Shown here piece by piece: positions 27,401 through 40,357 of a stretch of 64,000 nt of DNA. The DNA lies in the NCBI GenBank assembly GCA_020137815.1, contig CM035353.1, positions 310,001-374,000 on the forward strand, written 5' to 3'. The position numbers and the translations under genes are program-made. Positions within the stretch are counted from its first letter, which is position 1. Every line of letters begins with the position of its first letter. Source of the stretch: Hormiphora californensis. Lineage: Eukaryota > Animalia > Ctenophora. The notes under the pieces are model-generated. The model searched no databases. It was not told the DNA's origin and was given only the letters and a program-made list of their open reading frames with translations.

Positions 27401-27516
27401 GTGTAGTCTCAGGAAATACATGTGTGCTCACCTGCAGTACCTACGGTGTCTTCATAATAAGTCACTGATCCCAGCTGTGTGTGATGCTAATGATCAGATT
27501 CTCCTGCTTCATCGCT

Positions 27517-27602
<86 letters not shown>

Positions 27603-28610
27603 TCTCTCCCTCTCTCTCTATCTTAGAAATCATGCTAATTCTCATTTTTGTCTCTCCTTTGACCCATGTCACCCGCATGTGTGTACTCTGTGTTCCCTGT
27701 TTTACTCAGCATCTGCTGCAGGGTGGTGCATTCTGTATAATTGCTCATTTTCCCTCTATCCGTCTCTATCTCTCTTTCTCTCATGAATAACTGAGCATAT
27801 TTTTACTCTCACAACCACGCAACAGCTTGCTCCATGTAATATGCCGATTGCTCCGATCCCCTGATCCATCCTTCCGTGTTTACATGATCTAGCTCTCTTT
27901 GTTTCAACCTTTCTCGCTATATCTCCTCCCCCCTCCTATTTTTTGTTTGTCTCCCTTTTTCATCAATTTCGGGTTCATTTCATTCTACTTTCAGATTTCT
28001 TTTTCTCTCCCCGACCTCTCTAATCTCAACTCATATTTATATGCGGTTATATCGTAACTTCTCTGCACACAGTCTCATCTAGCGGGCGTTAATCCTTAAA
28101 TTATTCATATTTTATTCAACTAAATTAATATGACTTGGAAAAGCAAAAGAATCCGGAATCATTTTAGTTTTGCTCTTGCAGCTGCTCTCCCCCTGCTGCT
28201 CTTGCCGGAACGTGTATACAACTTCATTATATACAAGCTGTGTAAATCGTTGAGAGCTCCACTTAGGCGTGTTCCCTCCGTTACACGTGCTGGTATATGT
28301 CAGTTTTCTGCTCTCTCTATCTCTATCTTTCTCTCTCTCTCTATCTCTCTCTCTTTCCCGTTCACCCCCTCTATCTCTCCACCTCGTTGCCTCTTTTTGC
28401 TCTGGTTCATTTTCCCACATTCTTATACTGCTCTGACCCCCCCCCCCCTTTTTGTTGGTCGACATTTTCTCCCTAGTTTTATTTTCACTGCGACTGCCTT
28501 CTTCTCAAATTATATTTTCATACATGTCTCTAGTAATCCAAGTGTCTATATCTACCAGGAACCGACCGAATCAGGAAATACTGGTCCCTGATTGGCTGAT
28601 AACCAGTCAC
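24482..28610 (+). repeat. Segmental duplication copy X2
   Basis: Near-identical to 11170-14198, plus the insertion at 25166-26296. Confidence 0.95.
25166..26296. mobile_element. 1131-bp non-autonomous TIR DNA transposon (TIR GGTCACGGTCAAAAAGTCTGCTGAAA; ATAT or TA TSD)
   Basis: The empty site in X1 (caatataccattat, ~11847) proves the insertion. ATAT is duplicated at 25162-25165 and 26297-26300; 26-bp perfect TIRs; many internal ACTCAAC / TGTGGATAA motifs. Confidence 0.93.
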
Positions 28611-28664
28611 GTTACCTAAATAACGAGTTCTGATTGGTTGTTTACTTGTGTCGGTCGGTTCCTG
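28556..28664. mobile_element. Complete 109-bp hAT-like MITE (TIR CAGGAACCGACCGA / TCGGTCGGTTCCTG)
   Basis: 14-bp TIRs with CAG termini; imperfect 8-bp flanks atatctac / ctatctat; partial copies at 5388, 14144 and 38414. Confidence 0.8.
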
Positions 28665-29846
28665 CTATCTATATCAGATTCTGTCATGGTAGTGGTCTGG
28701 AACATCCAACTACAAATTTCAATATACATGAAGTACAGCTGGTGCAGCTTCATTTAGAACTTGTATTGTTCTTATCGAGAAGCTACGAACTAAAGTTGTA
28801 ATTTGCAAATTGATCGTGAGAACTGAGAACTTTACATATCGTTTCTAACATTTTCTAAAAGTAGATCAGATTCTTTTTCAAAACTTTTATAGTGGTGATA
28901 CTACTGATACTATACTAATATCACACATCAATCAACAATTAGTATACTAGGTATTTGTTGATTGATTTGTTATATTTTGTCCTTTTGTGAGATCGTTATA
29001 CCAGCTTTCAATATTGTGATTGATTCACACTAATTGTGAATCATACTATGATGGTAATTAACTCTCTGCTGTTAAAGAGAACAAAGAAACAGAGAAATAA
29101 TTACTATCGCGTGTATATTATTGTCTCCCTCTTAGGTATTTATGGCCATTGCTTTGTGAATGTGATTAAATATGCAAAAATAATTGTTCTATTTAAGCAC
29201 GATCAAATGATAGTTCTTGCTGGTAAAGAAGGTATGTTATGAAGTTACTTCTGTTACCTACAATATACCTATTGCCACGCATATATGTAGGCAATCAGTT
29301 CCCAATTTAAATTTGAGAAGCCCATGTTGACTCTCCTCCAGCTCTTTTTTAGGATTGTTCATGGTTATAATTAGATTGATCTAATAATACACGGCCACGG
29401 CATCATTGCTGTAACATTGTCGAGTTACTGTCTCGGCAGTTTTGCTTCTTTGGCAATCACTTTTCGTTCTATCTTCTTCTTACATTATCAGTACCAACGG
29501 TACCAATTTACCTAACGTCAACTCAACGAGTAATTGTTCACCGTCAGAAGAATCAGAGAGCGTTGCTCGACATGTATTATACAAGCGTTAGAACGGTTAT
29601 GGCGGGGGATGAAGGGAGAGAGAGAGGGAAACAGAGATTGCGAGAGAGGGAATAATGAGAAATCGAGAGAGTAAGAACGAAAATTGCCCGTTCAAGATAG
29701 TAATTCGTCCATTGGAGTGTCTGCAGCTGTCAGACCAACAATACGCCATTTGCATTTGTCTATAACTTGTGTGAAAGGAGAGAAAGATTTCGAGGGAATT
29801 AATGTTGTGTTCAACAATTATGTTCAATAGTTAAAAGTATAGTTAA

Positions 29847-31474
29847 CCCTTTGAAGACGATTGGGTCACAGGTGACCCAGTACTTTGAACCCATTTAGCG
29901 TCTTTATAGATCATGTTTGAAAGTTTTAAATTGTTTCCAGGGTTGAAACATACATTTTTCTACCATTTTCTCACATCACATTTGGTCAGAGCTCCCTTAT
30001 CTCTGTTTTGCTTGTGAACCGTTGCGAATCTCTCTAATTGTGAGATATCTATCTCTCCTGCTATGAGTGGTAGTACAGCCTCTGCTTGTAGTTTCAAAGA
30101 CCGGCTGAGAGCGTATAGCGATGAAAGGGTCCAGAGAAGAGTTTATGGTGAAGTGCAGGGTGAGCTATTTGACCTGATACGGGACCTGTTTACTCATGCT
30201 GGTATTAAGGATTCCTTCCCTAAAAGTTTGACTGCTGGCCGTAGTGTGTGGGATAGTTTAAAGTGTCCCAGTAAGAGTAAGATCAAGGGGATAAAGAAGC
30301 CAGAACTAGAGGATTTCACAGAGAAAGTGTGTCATTTCCTAATGGAGAGGTGTTACCCTCTGCTTGATCGTCTTAGTAATGAAGTTGAGGACAGTGAAAG
30401 GAGGCTATTGGATAGTCAAGAGGAGTTGGTTGCTTCTCAGAGAGCATTGGTGGAGGCCCAAGGACAGCTTGTTAAGTTGCAGTGCGAGTTGTTGGAGAAG
30501 CGAGATAAGGAGATCTCTGCAGTACAGTCTACAGCAGAAGAGGAAATTAAGACCTTTTCTTCTGTCCTCAAGAAGCAATGCGACACTGCCCTGGCTCCTA
30601 AGCGAATCAGCACAGCAATTAGCAGTGCAACGGACGACAGGATGAGCAACGTGATTGTCCATGGGTTGTTGGATTGTAAAAGTGAAAACAACCACGATTT
30701 GGATATAGATGTCAGACGCCTTTTTGATTGTATGGGTGAGTGTACTACCGATGTTTGGACTTTGGGGTATGGAGCGCCTCGGTAGGTACAAGGAGGGTAC
30801 TGACCGACCAGTAAAGCTGCGGTTGAGTGGCCGGCACTTCCGAGATCGAATTCTATCCTGCAAGAATAGTCTGAAGAAATCTAAAGATTACAGTAAAACT
30901 TTCATATCCCCCGATCGTTCTCCCGAGGAGAGAGAGGAGAGGAGGAAGTTGGTTGCTGACCTGAGGGCGAGGAAGGAGGCGGAACCTGGAAAGACCTTTG
31001 GGATCAGAGGAGGCAAGGTGGTGGAGGTGGTGATTTGAGTGTGTGGGCGTGTGTGTGTGGACTGTGGGACTGATTATACATTAATTGCTAGGTTTTGTGA
31101 CTAGATTTTTTGAGCATCAGAGCACTGGACATTAAACTGGATTATTATAGACATAATAACTTTATATATTTTTAAGGGTTTGCAGCAAAGGTGAACCGCT
31201 CTGATGCTCCGTGTTACTAGGGTTTTTAGATTCTAGTATTCTACGGGGTCTGAGCGTGTATACAAATGCTGATATTATTATTATTATTATTATTATTTTG
31301 GTCGTTTTGAGCCTCTGAAGTTGTCGACTTCGGAAAACGGGGCTAAAACAGTGCATTTGGTAGGCAAAATGGGTAGTTTAATGGCCATATCTCAAAATTG
31401 GTACGAGTATGCTTAAAATGGACTTGGAAGTTTTAGAGAATTCTGTCGACAGGGGGCTTATCGTCCCCAAAGGG
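29847..31474. mobile_element. piggyBac-type MITE (TTAA|CCCTTTG...CAAAGGG|TTAA) carrying a LINE-derived insertion
   Basis: TTAA at 29843-29846 and 31475-31478; TIRs ccctttgaagacgat / atcgtccccaaaggg. Confidence 0.8.
29970..31294 (+). mobile_element. ORF1-only non-autonomous LINE (CR1/L2/Jockey-type ORF1: coiled coil + RRM-like), one frameshift
   Basis: ORF 30063-30785 plus 30709-31038: coiled coil, then NVIVHGL, RLGRYKEGTDRPVKLRL, FISPDRSPEEREERRKL. No ORF2; short 3' UTR ends in (TAT)n at 31273-31294; possible TSD atttt (29965-29969 / 31295-31299). Confidence 0.8.
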
Positions 31475-31610
31475 TTAACATAATATTTGTATACTGAGTT
31501 TGAAATCGTTGTTTTGTTAATCTATTTTGATAATAAATGCGTCTACTAGGTAGAACCTAATTTCATTCGGATTCTATTTGTAATCAAAACATTATTTTGC
31601 TAGCTATAGC

Positions 31611-33043
31611 ATGGCCACATCCCCGCAACCGTCAACTTCAGGGGGGTCACCCGAAGCCCCTCCGGATTTATTCAAACGGCTAGAGAGCGTCCATAACAAA
31701 CTAGACCTTAACGGTAGGTATTATTATAGGTTCATGTAATGCATGGCGTCTTCCAACAGTTACAAAATGTTTTCACCAACAGCTGTTTGGGTTGGAACAA
31801 TAAGTTCAATAACACACACTCATGATGCAGGTCTGTGGGTGTCCTAATAAGTATTCAATAACACACACTCATGATGCAGGTCTGTGGGTGTCCTAATAAG
31901 TATTCAATAACACACACTCATGATGCAGGTCTGTGGGTGTCCTAATAAGTATTCAATAACACACACTCATGATGCAGGTCTGTGGGTGTCCTAATAAGTA
32001 TTCAATAACACACACTCATGATGCAGGTCTGTGGGTGTCCTAATAAGTATTCAATAACACACACTCATGTGATGCAGGTCTGTGGGTGTCATCGATGGAG
32101 TTGGGAGATGAGTATGCAACTTATATGGAAAGCTTTGGTCACAACTCTCTCACATCCTCTGTTATGTCGTACTTCATGAAGGAGATCCATGAATACAAGT
32201 TCTTTGTCGAGGAACTTCGAATAAAGGTAACTTACGAGATCCGGGAAATTAGTTTCATCTCTTCATGATCTCTGTCAGGTTTCTAATGTGGAGCTTTGAT
32301 TAAAACTGTTTGCCAAACGTTTGAACTATGCGTTATTAGCTTATCTATTATAATTGTCTTAGATTGAAACATCGTTTAACGACTTTTCCTACGGAGCGAA
32401 AGTGTTTGGTAAGACAGTCACGATGCCCTACTGTCATTTCTTTGAGAGGACGTCTAGGTTCTACCTTGATGAGGATAACAACCTTGTCGAGGAAATCAAC
32501 ACGAATGGTGAGACAACTTTAATTAATTGCTGATGTTGATGTATTGTACGTATAGCAAGCTTCCATGTGGTGGCTTACCATGGTTAGCAGCATGGAGTTT
32601 TAGTATGTCGGCACTAGGCTGGTTACATATTAGCATCCTCGATGATATGAACATATTAAAATGCAAATAACTTATGAGCAGATGATGTGAGCATGCAACT
32701 TTGTTTGTTTTTTAATTTCGGTTGCTTGTGCTGCTACTTGCTGATCCAGCTGTCGACTTTTCAACTGCTGCAAAAGTGGAAACATCGTCATACTTCTATT
32801 TGCTGTGTGAAGGCTTCCCAACTGTGCATTACTCATACATGATCATGCACATAATGTGGATCATGTGATGCCCATATATGGACATATCACGTGATATCAT
32901 AATGTTCCCAAGGTGAGGTGGAGACCATTGTGAGGAAGCGTGAAGGAAACAGTCTCATCCTCACATACAACCACAATGGCGTTAGCTGGAGAAGAAGTTT
33001 CGAGAGAGCAACTGAGGAGAATTTGAAAAAGGCGTACTGTTAG
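31611..33043 (+). CDS. Divergent fatty-acid-binding-protein (FABP/calycin)-like gene; exons ~31611-31713, 32078-32227, 32363-32507, 32913-33043
   Basis: Spliced product MATSPQ...KLDLNGLWVSSMELGDEYATYMESFG...IETSFNDFSY...GEVETIVRKREGNSLILTYNHNGVSWRRSFER...AYC*. It has the GxW motif and an FABP-like C-terminal strand pattern; phases match at the GT-AG junctions. Not in the ORF track as a whole. Confidence 0.75.
31800..32090 (+). repeat. 49-bp minisatellite (6 copies) containing a branch-point-like CTAAT, the acceptor AG and the first 13 nt of FABP exon 2
   Basis: Unit taataagtattcaataacacacactcatgatgcag|gtctgtgggtgtcc; exon-start copies at 31831, 31880, 31929, 31978, 32027 and 32078. Confidence 0.95.
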
Positions 33044-34291
33044 ACAATTTGTGCAGCAATGAAATAATGAGAATAAAGATTGATTTTACTTAGAAATGTA
33101 GTACTCTACATTGTTGTACAATATATGAAATGTGTTGCAGTTTCCTATGAGCGCAAGTTGGTGTAAAATAAGAGTTCAAATAGTTTTATTATACTAATTA
33201 TTGATGGATTGTGTTTGAAAAATAACCACATTTATTGATATTTGAATGTATAATAAGGATTGAAAGTCGCGAATAACGAAGAACCCCAATGTATTTCATT
33301 TTTGTTTTTCCCCGTTGCGAGATTATTTTATCGTTTTAAAATACCAAACCTATCGTTTAACCAATGACTCTGTTTCGGTAGAATGACATCTTATAGTGTC
33401 TAAGGAAAGTTTTAGGACAGATTGAAAGTGTCCACAATATATCCACAATTGACGTGCAAACTCAAAGTGTCCCCTAATTAGTGTCATCAATGTGTCCTAA
33501 AACGTTCGGGGGTCAGGGACTGGGCGGTCTGAACGGGTCAGGACACTGCACGGTCTGAAATGCGTGCCGGGCACTGAACCGCCACCCCACCGCCACTTCA
33601 TAATTCCATGGATTTGTTTCTTGATCAGACGCAGCGAAAAGCACTGCAAGCTTGTAACAAAGTGAAACGACACTGATTATTAGTATTGCAATAAAACACA
33701 CAGAACCATCCACAAATAATGCCGCGTACATTATAGCACTTACTTTCGATTGTGTATATATGATAATCTCTTAACATAAGCTAGTTTTATAATTCCTAGA
33801 TATATTTTGTGAAATAAATATTCTAATTTCTTTCCTGATATTATTGTGTATCATATCACATATTACATTGTATGTAACTACAAAATATATTTTAATTCGG
33901 GTCTTGGGTTTCCTATAATAATTGTGTGATATAATTCTCGTCAATCCGTCTGGTATATTATTTATTATTTTGATCTGTTATAATATTAATATGTTATATT
34001 AGTCGAATCTTTTGAAACTGTGACCTCATGTTTTTGCCTTTTGGCATACATTTTTTGTGCCAGAAAAGAGTTGACAGTCTAGCGAAAGACAGTCTAGCTA
34101 GGCAAGAAAAGAGAATAGTGACAGTTTGAAAAGTTTCGACCATCCTGCACCTGTGCACATATATTTATATGAGGTCTGATATAGCTAAAATAATGAATCC
34201 AGTAGAATATAAAATATTTACAGCTTCGTGCAGACACATGTGTGTTCATGTTCATGTGTGTGTGTGTGTGTATTATAAGAGTGCTTTCTGA

Positions 34292-36559
34292 TAGTGTCTG
34301 ACGGTGTATTATAAGGTCCAAATGAGGCACGGAGCTTTTCTGAATCAACTTTTCAAGACGAATCCAACGCAACCGGAATTAGCTTTCTATCCACGGTGCC
34401 CCTGAAGGAAGTTCCACCTCGACCGAGTCCCCCAGCAAAACGAACGGTTGTGTGACCTAAAGGGGACCTCTGGGAACTACGGAGGACCGTGGGGGAAAAG
34501 ATTTAAAAGTAGCCTAAAAAATTAAAACGATAGAAAGATAGCTATCGTTTTTTTCACTTTGAAAATACGACGTTTCTTTAACAAAATCCTTGATCAGGAA
34601 GATGCAAGTGTCTCCCACCTATTTTTTGACGTAGAATCGAATGCCGTTGAAGTCAAATCTCCAAAATGTTAGAAAAATGGTGAAAATCGCGTTTTTAGGT
34701 GTTTTTTGGTGAAAAAAGCGTTCAAACTGGTACTAGATGATGAGATAGAGTCCCAAAAGTATGACAAATCGCTTTTTTGGGACCTTTTCGCCCTAGAAGC
34801 AGATTTTTATGAAAATCTGGTTCAGCGCCTATTCTCTGTATACTTTCAAAGAAGGTGAATATTGCTCTAATTTAGCCAATTTTGAAGAAAAGTCATCCAA
34901 AACAGTACTAGATGATGAGATAGTGGCCCAAAAATATAACTAATCGATTTTTTGGGTCTTTTCCGTCCTAGAATCAAATTTGCATGGCGGTCGGATGATA
35001 CGTTTCCTCTCGGTAGGCCTCGATGAAGTAGGTGGAAATAGCCAAAATATAGCGATTGCGGCAAATGAATGTGAATAATCCTTGACCAAACCTACTTTAG
35101 CATCATGTATGACCTATCTCTGGGCTACTGGACTATGCAAGAGCCATACATGATGATGAAGTGGGTTTGGTAAACGTTTATCCACATTCATTTGCCGCAA
35201 TCGCTATATTTTGGCTATTTCCACCTACTTCAGAGGCCTACCGAGAGGAAACGTATCATCCGACCGCCATGCAAATTTGATTCTAGGACGGAAAAGACCC
35301 AAAAAATCGATTAGTTATATTTTTGGGCCACTATCTCATCATCTAGTACTGTTTTGGATGACTTTTCTTCAAAATTGGCTAAATTAGAGCAATATTCACC
35401 TTCTTTGAAAGTATACAGAGAATAGGCGCTGAACCAGATTTTCATAAAAATCTGCTTCTAGGGCGAAAAGGTCCCAAAAAAGCGATTTGTCATACTTTTG
35501 GGACTTTATCTCATCATCTAGTACCAGTTTGAACGCTTTTTTCACCAAAAAACACCTAAAAACGCGATTTTCACTATTTTACTAACATTTTGGAGATTTG
35601 ACTTCAACGGCATTCGATTCTACGTCAAAAAATAGGTGGGAGACACTTGCATCTTCCTGATCAAGGATTTTGTTAAAGAAACGTCGTATTTTCAAAGTGA
35701 AAAAAACGATAGCTATCTTTCTATCGTTTTAATTTTTTAGGCTACTTTTAAATCTTTTCCCCCACGGTCCTCCGTAGTTCCCAGAGGTCCCCTTTAGGTC
35801 ACACAACCGTTCGTTTTGCTGGGGGACTCGGTCGAGGTGGAACTTCCTTCAGGGGCACCGTGTATCTTATCGGGAAGGTTCGGTTCACACACGCTCATTT
35901 TTATTCATTTTTGCCGTGGGAGCCAATCAGAGGCCAGAATTTCGAAATCCAGCCCTCTGATTGGGGGGAGACACACTGAAGTTGAGCGCGCTCGTTCAAA
36001 TCTCAACCTCGCGACACACACTGAAGTTCGAAGTTCGAAGTTTTGCGAAAACCCAATTTCGGCTGAAAAATCATTTGTAAGAGGCTAACATATTTACTGG
36101 TACATCTCTCGAGGTGTCCTTTATCCATACTGAGTCAATTTCACCGTTTTTGAAATTTTTGGCTAATCCGGTCACAGCTGTCCCAATTCACCAAAAATTT
36201 TAAAAACGGTGAAATTGATCCGGTATTGATAAAGGACTCCTCGAGAGATGTACCAGTAAATAAACTAGCATCTTACAAATGATTTCTCAGCCGAAAATGG
36301 GTTTTCGCGAAACTTCGAACTTTTCCGCGAAACTTCAAACCGCGAAACTTCAGTGTGTGTCGCGAGGTTGAGAGTTGAACGCGCGCGACCAACTTCAGTG
36401 TGTCTCCCCCCATTGGCTTGCGCGGCTAAAAATTAAAAAAGTGAACCACACCTTCCCGATAAGATAGAAAGCTAATTCCGGTTGCGTTGGATTCGTCTTG
36501 AAAAGCTGATTCAGAAAAACTCCGTGCCTCATTTGGACCTTATACACCGTTAGACCCTA
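34292..36559. mobile_element. Palindromic hAT-type MITE (~800 bp without insert; TAG...CTA termini, 8-bp TSD ctttctga)
   Basis: TSD at 34284-34291 and 36560-36567; 34311-34391 is the reverse complement of ~36463-36544; the interior 35867-36460 is also self-complementary around ~36175. Confidence 0.88.
34392..35862. mobile_element. 1471-bp almost fully palindromic non-autonomous element with CACGGTG termini and 4-bp TSD (Chapaev/CMC-like)
   Basis: TSD tatc at 34388-34391 and 35863-35866; the uninterrupted site gctttctatcttatcggg is preserved in the other arm of the host MITE; ~680-bp arms. Confidence 0.88.
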
Positions 36560-36842
36560 CTTTCTGATCAAACCCCCACCTCGAGAAAAAAGTGCTCTAA
36601 CAAACAAACTAAAAAGGGCCACCACCATGCAACATAAACAGTGCACCATGGAACACATTGTCCCTACACAGATCACAGCGTAACTAGCGTTTGTAGGTCT
36701 CTAATGTCTGCTTTGAACATGTCCTCAAAACATTTCAATGATCCTAGCGATCTGTACTTCATGGGTGTACAATGTACACTGTGTACTGTCAGCAACTGGA
36801 ACACGCACTATATAATCTACCACATAAAATGATACACATGTA

Positions 36843-39800
36843 TCATGAGGAGGACCTCATAAGATCATCAAAAACCTCAGTGTGTATGTAGGACTCTATA
36901 CTCTGTGTCGATCGAGACATTTCCGTCTGCCGTCGTTTGGCCGATCTCGGTGAATAATTGGATTTGGTGGATATGTCATGGAGACTCTTACTGCCACGCA
37001 TACCAAAGTTCTGTGCAGGTTTATTGTAGCTGATTGATCGTGACATCATCTGTTTGCCCGGGGGCGGGGAGTTGCTGGATAGGTCGGAGAGGGATGAGGA
37101 AGAGTCACGGTCTGATGATGAACTAGAAGCATGACTCATACCATTACTGCGGTTCTCGGTGATAAGATCGCTGGACCCCTTACCCGAATCATCGGGTATA
37201 TCGAGGCACACCTGGTCTGGTGCTTGTGCTGCTCGGGTGATAACAATGGAGGGCAGTTTTAGTTCATTAATGGGCTGATTGGTATAGGACGCTATGGATG
37301 AGGAGGAGGCTGTAGTGGATGATGGCTGGGATCCAATGGACTCTTGACGACGGTAACCATGGTAACCACCTCCGTGATCATCCTCCTCCTCTTCTTCCTC
37401 ATCTTCATCGTCATCCTCGTCGACAATGCGATCTAGAACACTGAACCCTGGATCTGATACTTCCAAACTGTTAATGTTATTGTTTATGTCCACGGGTAGG
37501 GCTGGTTGGAGTTCGGGACGCGGCCCTCCCTCTCCGCCGCCACCCTTGTGGTTCTCTATTCGGAATTTGTACCACTTCTTAAGATGAACCTTTAGGACCT
37601 GGGCGGTGACTTGGGAGAGAAAGTACCAAACAAGGACTGATATAAATATGAGAACCATGTTGAAGAACTCCCGCGATATGAGGGCTGGTGAGTTGTTATC
37701 GACGTTAACCTGTATAACGATGGGGGGGGGTAGAAGTTCATGTTAGAATAACTCTGCAGCCACAAACGAATTGCACTAAAAAAGTATAAAAATACCACAT
37801 GGTTCATTACCTGAGCAGGAACATAATCCCCGAAACCAATAGTCGTCATGGTGATGAAACTGAAGTAAAAACTCTGTTCGTAGGACCAGGTAGTTTCCTG
37901 TGCCTTGAAGACTAGTGTCATCAACAACAACACTATGATGACCAAAATAAGGGAGCTTGCAAAAACCTGTGGGGGAGGTAGCTATTGTTGCGGATCAGTT
38001 TTCTTTGCTTCAGCACACACTTGATGAAGAGAGGAAGGATCAGCATTGTCAGGTTCATTTTCATGCAGTCAAAGAACATATTTTTAGTACATGTGTTGTT
38101 CAGCAGCTGGTGATTAAGGAATTACGATTAAAGCACACCTAATCTAAAAGATAAAGAAAGACAAGAAAAAGAGTTGCTTGATTTTAATGAATTTCTGAAG
38201 ATCAAACCTCATAGTGCCGAACATCAAAATCAGATGATCCGGGCCCCTTCGCCCTGAAAAACCGTGTACGACAAATCCGGGTTTTCAAAAGTCGTAACGT
38301 CGTCAATAGTATCTCTGCCACCACGTTTAATAAACCTGCAATTGAAGATTTTATTTTATTTTATTTATTTGATCAAATAATTTGCACGTGTGTGAAGTGG
38401 AAGCGCCACCTAGTCAGGAAATACTGGTCCCTGATTGGCTGATAACCAGTCACGTGACCTAAATAACGAGTTCTGATTGGTTGTTTACTTGTTTCGGTCG
38501 GTTCCTGGTGTGAAGTGGAAGCGCCACCTAGTCCACACAACACACATATTTTTACGAATTACCTAACTCTATTGACAGTTCAATCATGAACTACTTACCC
38601 AGCATAAATGGTATGCCTGCTATGGCAAAAATAACTGTAAACATTCGCCCAGCTAGTGTGGCTGGAGAGGAGTGCCCGTAACCTAAATGGGGGAAAGAGC
38701 TGTCAATTAGTACGGAGACAGGAATCCTCTAAAAACAAGTAGGGAAAATTGAACTAGACTCTATGGAAGCACTGGTGTTTCGCAACACTAGATGCACATA
38801 TTTTGATCGGAGCACGTGATTTTCCGACCCGTTCAGATTGCCCTGATTCTGACCCCGAACAGTCCTATATATAACTCTCATAAGGAGAAATACCGGTGGT
38901 ACTATGACTAAACACAGGAAACCCTCATACAGTTTACTGCCCGGCCCTTCAAAACTTTTGTAAAAGAGTGATCTTCTTACCTATGGTAGTTAAAATAGTT
39001 CCCGTGAAAAATAGAGAGCTGATGTAGTCCCATTGTATGTTGTTGTTGTCATGACCGTGGTCACCCAACTCGCACGCTTTATAATGCTCATCAAGGAATG
39101 TTGACATCAAGGTGTCTGGAATTTTGTGTTTCTGGAAACAATATAGGGGATCACTCGTTAAATTGCAGGGAATGAGGGGTGCTAGCGCAATACTAAATCC
39201 GATAAAATACGCAATTTTGATAGATCACTGCGCTGGCAAGCGCAAAGGTGACCCCATCCATCCCCCGAAAAAAAAAATTTCCCCCAAAAACGGCCCGCTT
39301 GCTCACAGCGTATATATAGTTATTTCATACTTTTAGCCCATTTTGGCACTTTTTGACATGCCATAACTCCCGAACCAGAAGAGCTAGGAAGCTGAAATTT
39401 TATACTTAGAAGCTTCTTGTAGACCTCTATCGATGGTAAAAATTTCAAGTGGCTAGCTCTTTTTGTTCAAAAGTTATAACACCACCCCCAAAACAGAAAA
39501 TTCAGTGTGGGGATAACTAGGTTGATATATACATATATATACATACATAGATGTATAGACGCTTTGTTACCTTCCGTTTGGTCCCAGTTTGAGACGAACC
39601 AGACATCGTACGACCTTAAACCAAGCGGCATTCGACAGACAATTGTCTCGTGCATGTACCCATCTGGGTGGCGACTCTCCATCTTACCTATGACGCGCGC
39701 AATGACGTCACGAGTGACGTCATTGCGCGAGACCGACTAACTTTTTTCAAACGCCTCTAGCACCCTGAAGACGTGTTCCGATTTCTGATTTGACGAAAAA

Positions 39801-40303
39801 TCGTTACCGGCAAATCGTCTGAACTTTCAGATACCATATAGCGAATTTTCATAGCTTATCATTTTGAGCCCTTAAATTGCGTCGGAAGTCAAAAATTTGA
39901 CGAAAAATTTAGCAAATTGAATGTTTTTCGAGCAAAAACTCCTTTTCCTGACCACTGTGGCCAATGAAACTTTACAAGCTACTTTGGGGTATTGATTAAA
40001 AATATATCGTGATGCAATTACGACGTCACTAATTACGTCAAATGACGTCATTATGACGTCTAAAATACGATTTTCACATAAATTCGTCTCGTTTCTCATA
40101 TAACGCATCATTTCGACAATATTACATCATGAAATAATGTCATGCTGCGATTAGAAACCAAAAAGGGACCTAAATTAAGCCAAAAACTAATTGAAATTAG
40201 TTGGCGGGAAAGGTGACCCACTTACACCTTTGCCTGCTGCCGGGATCAGGGACATAAATGGTGAATATAATGGAATAAGACAGTGAAAGAGAGTGTGATA
40301 GAG

Positions 40304-40357
<54 letters not shown>

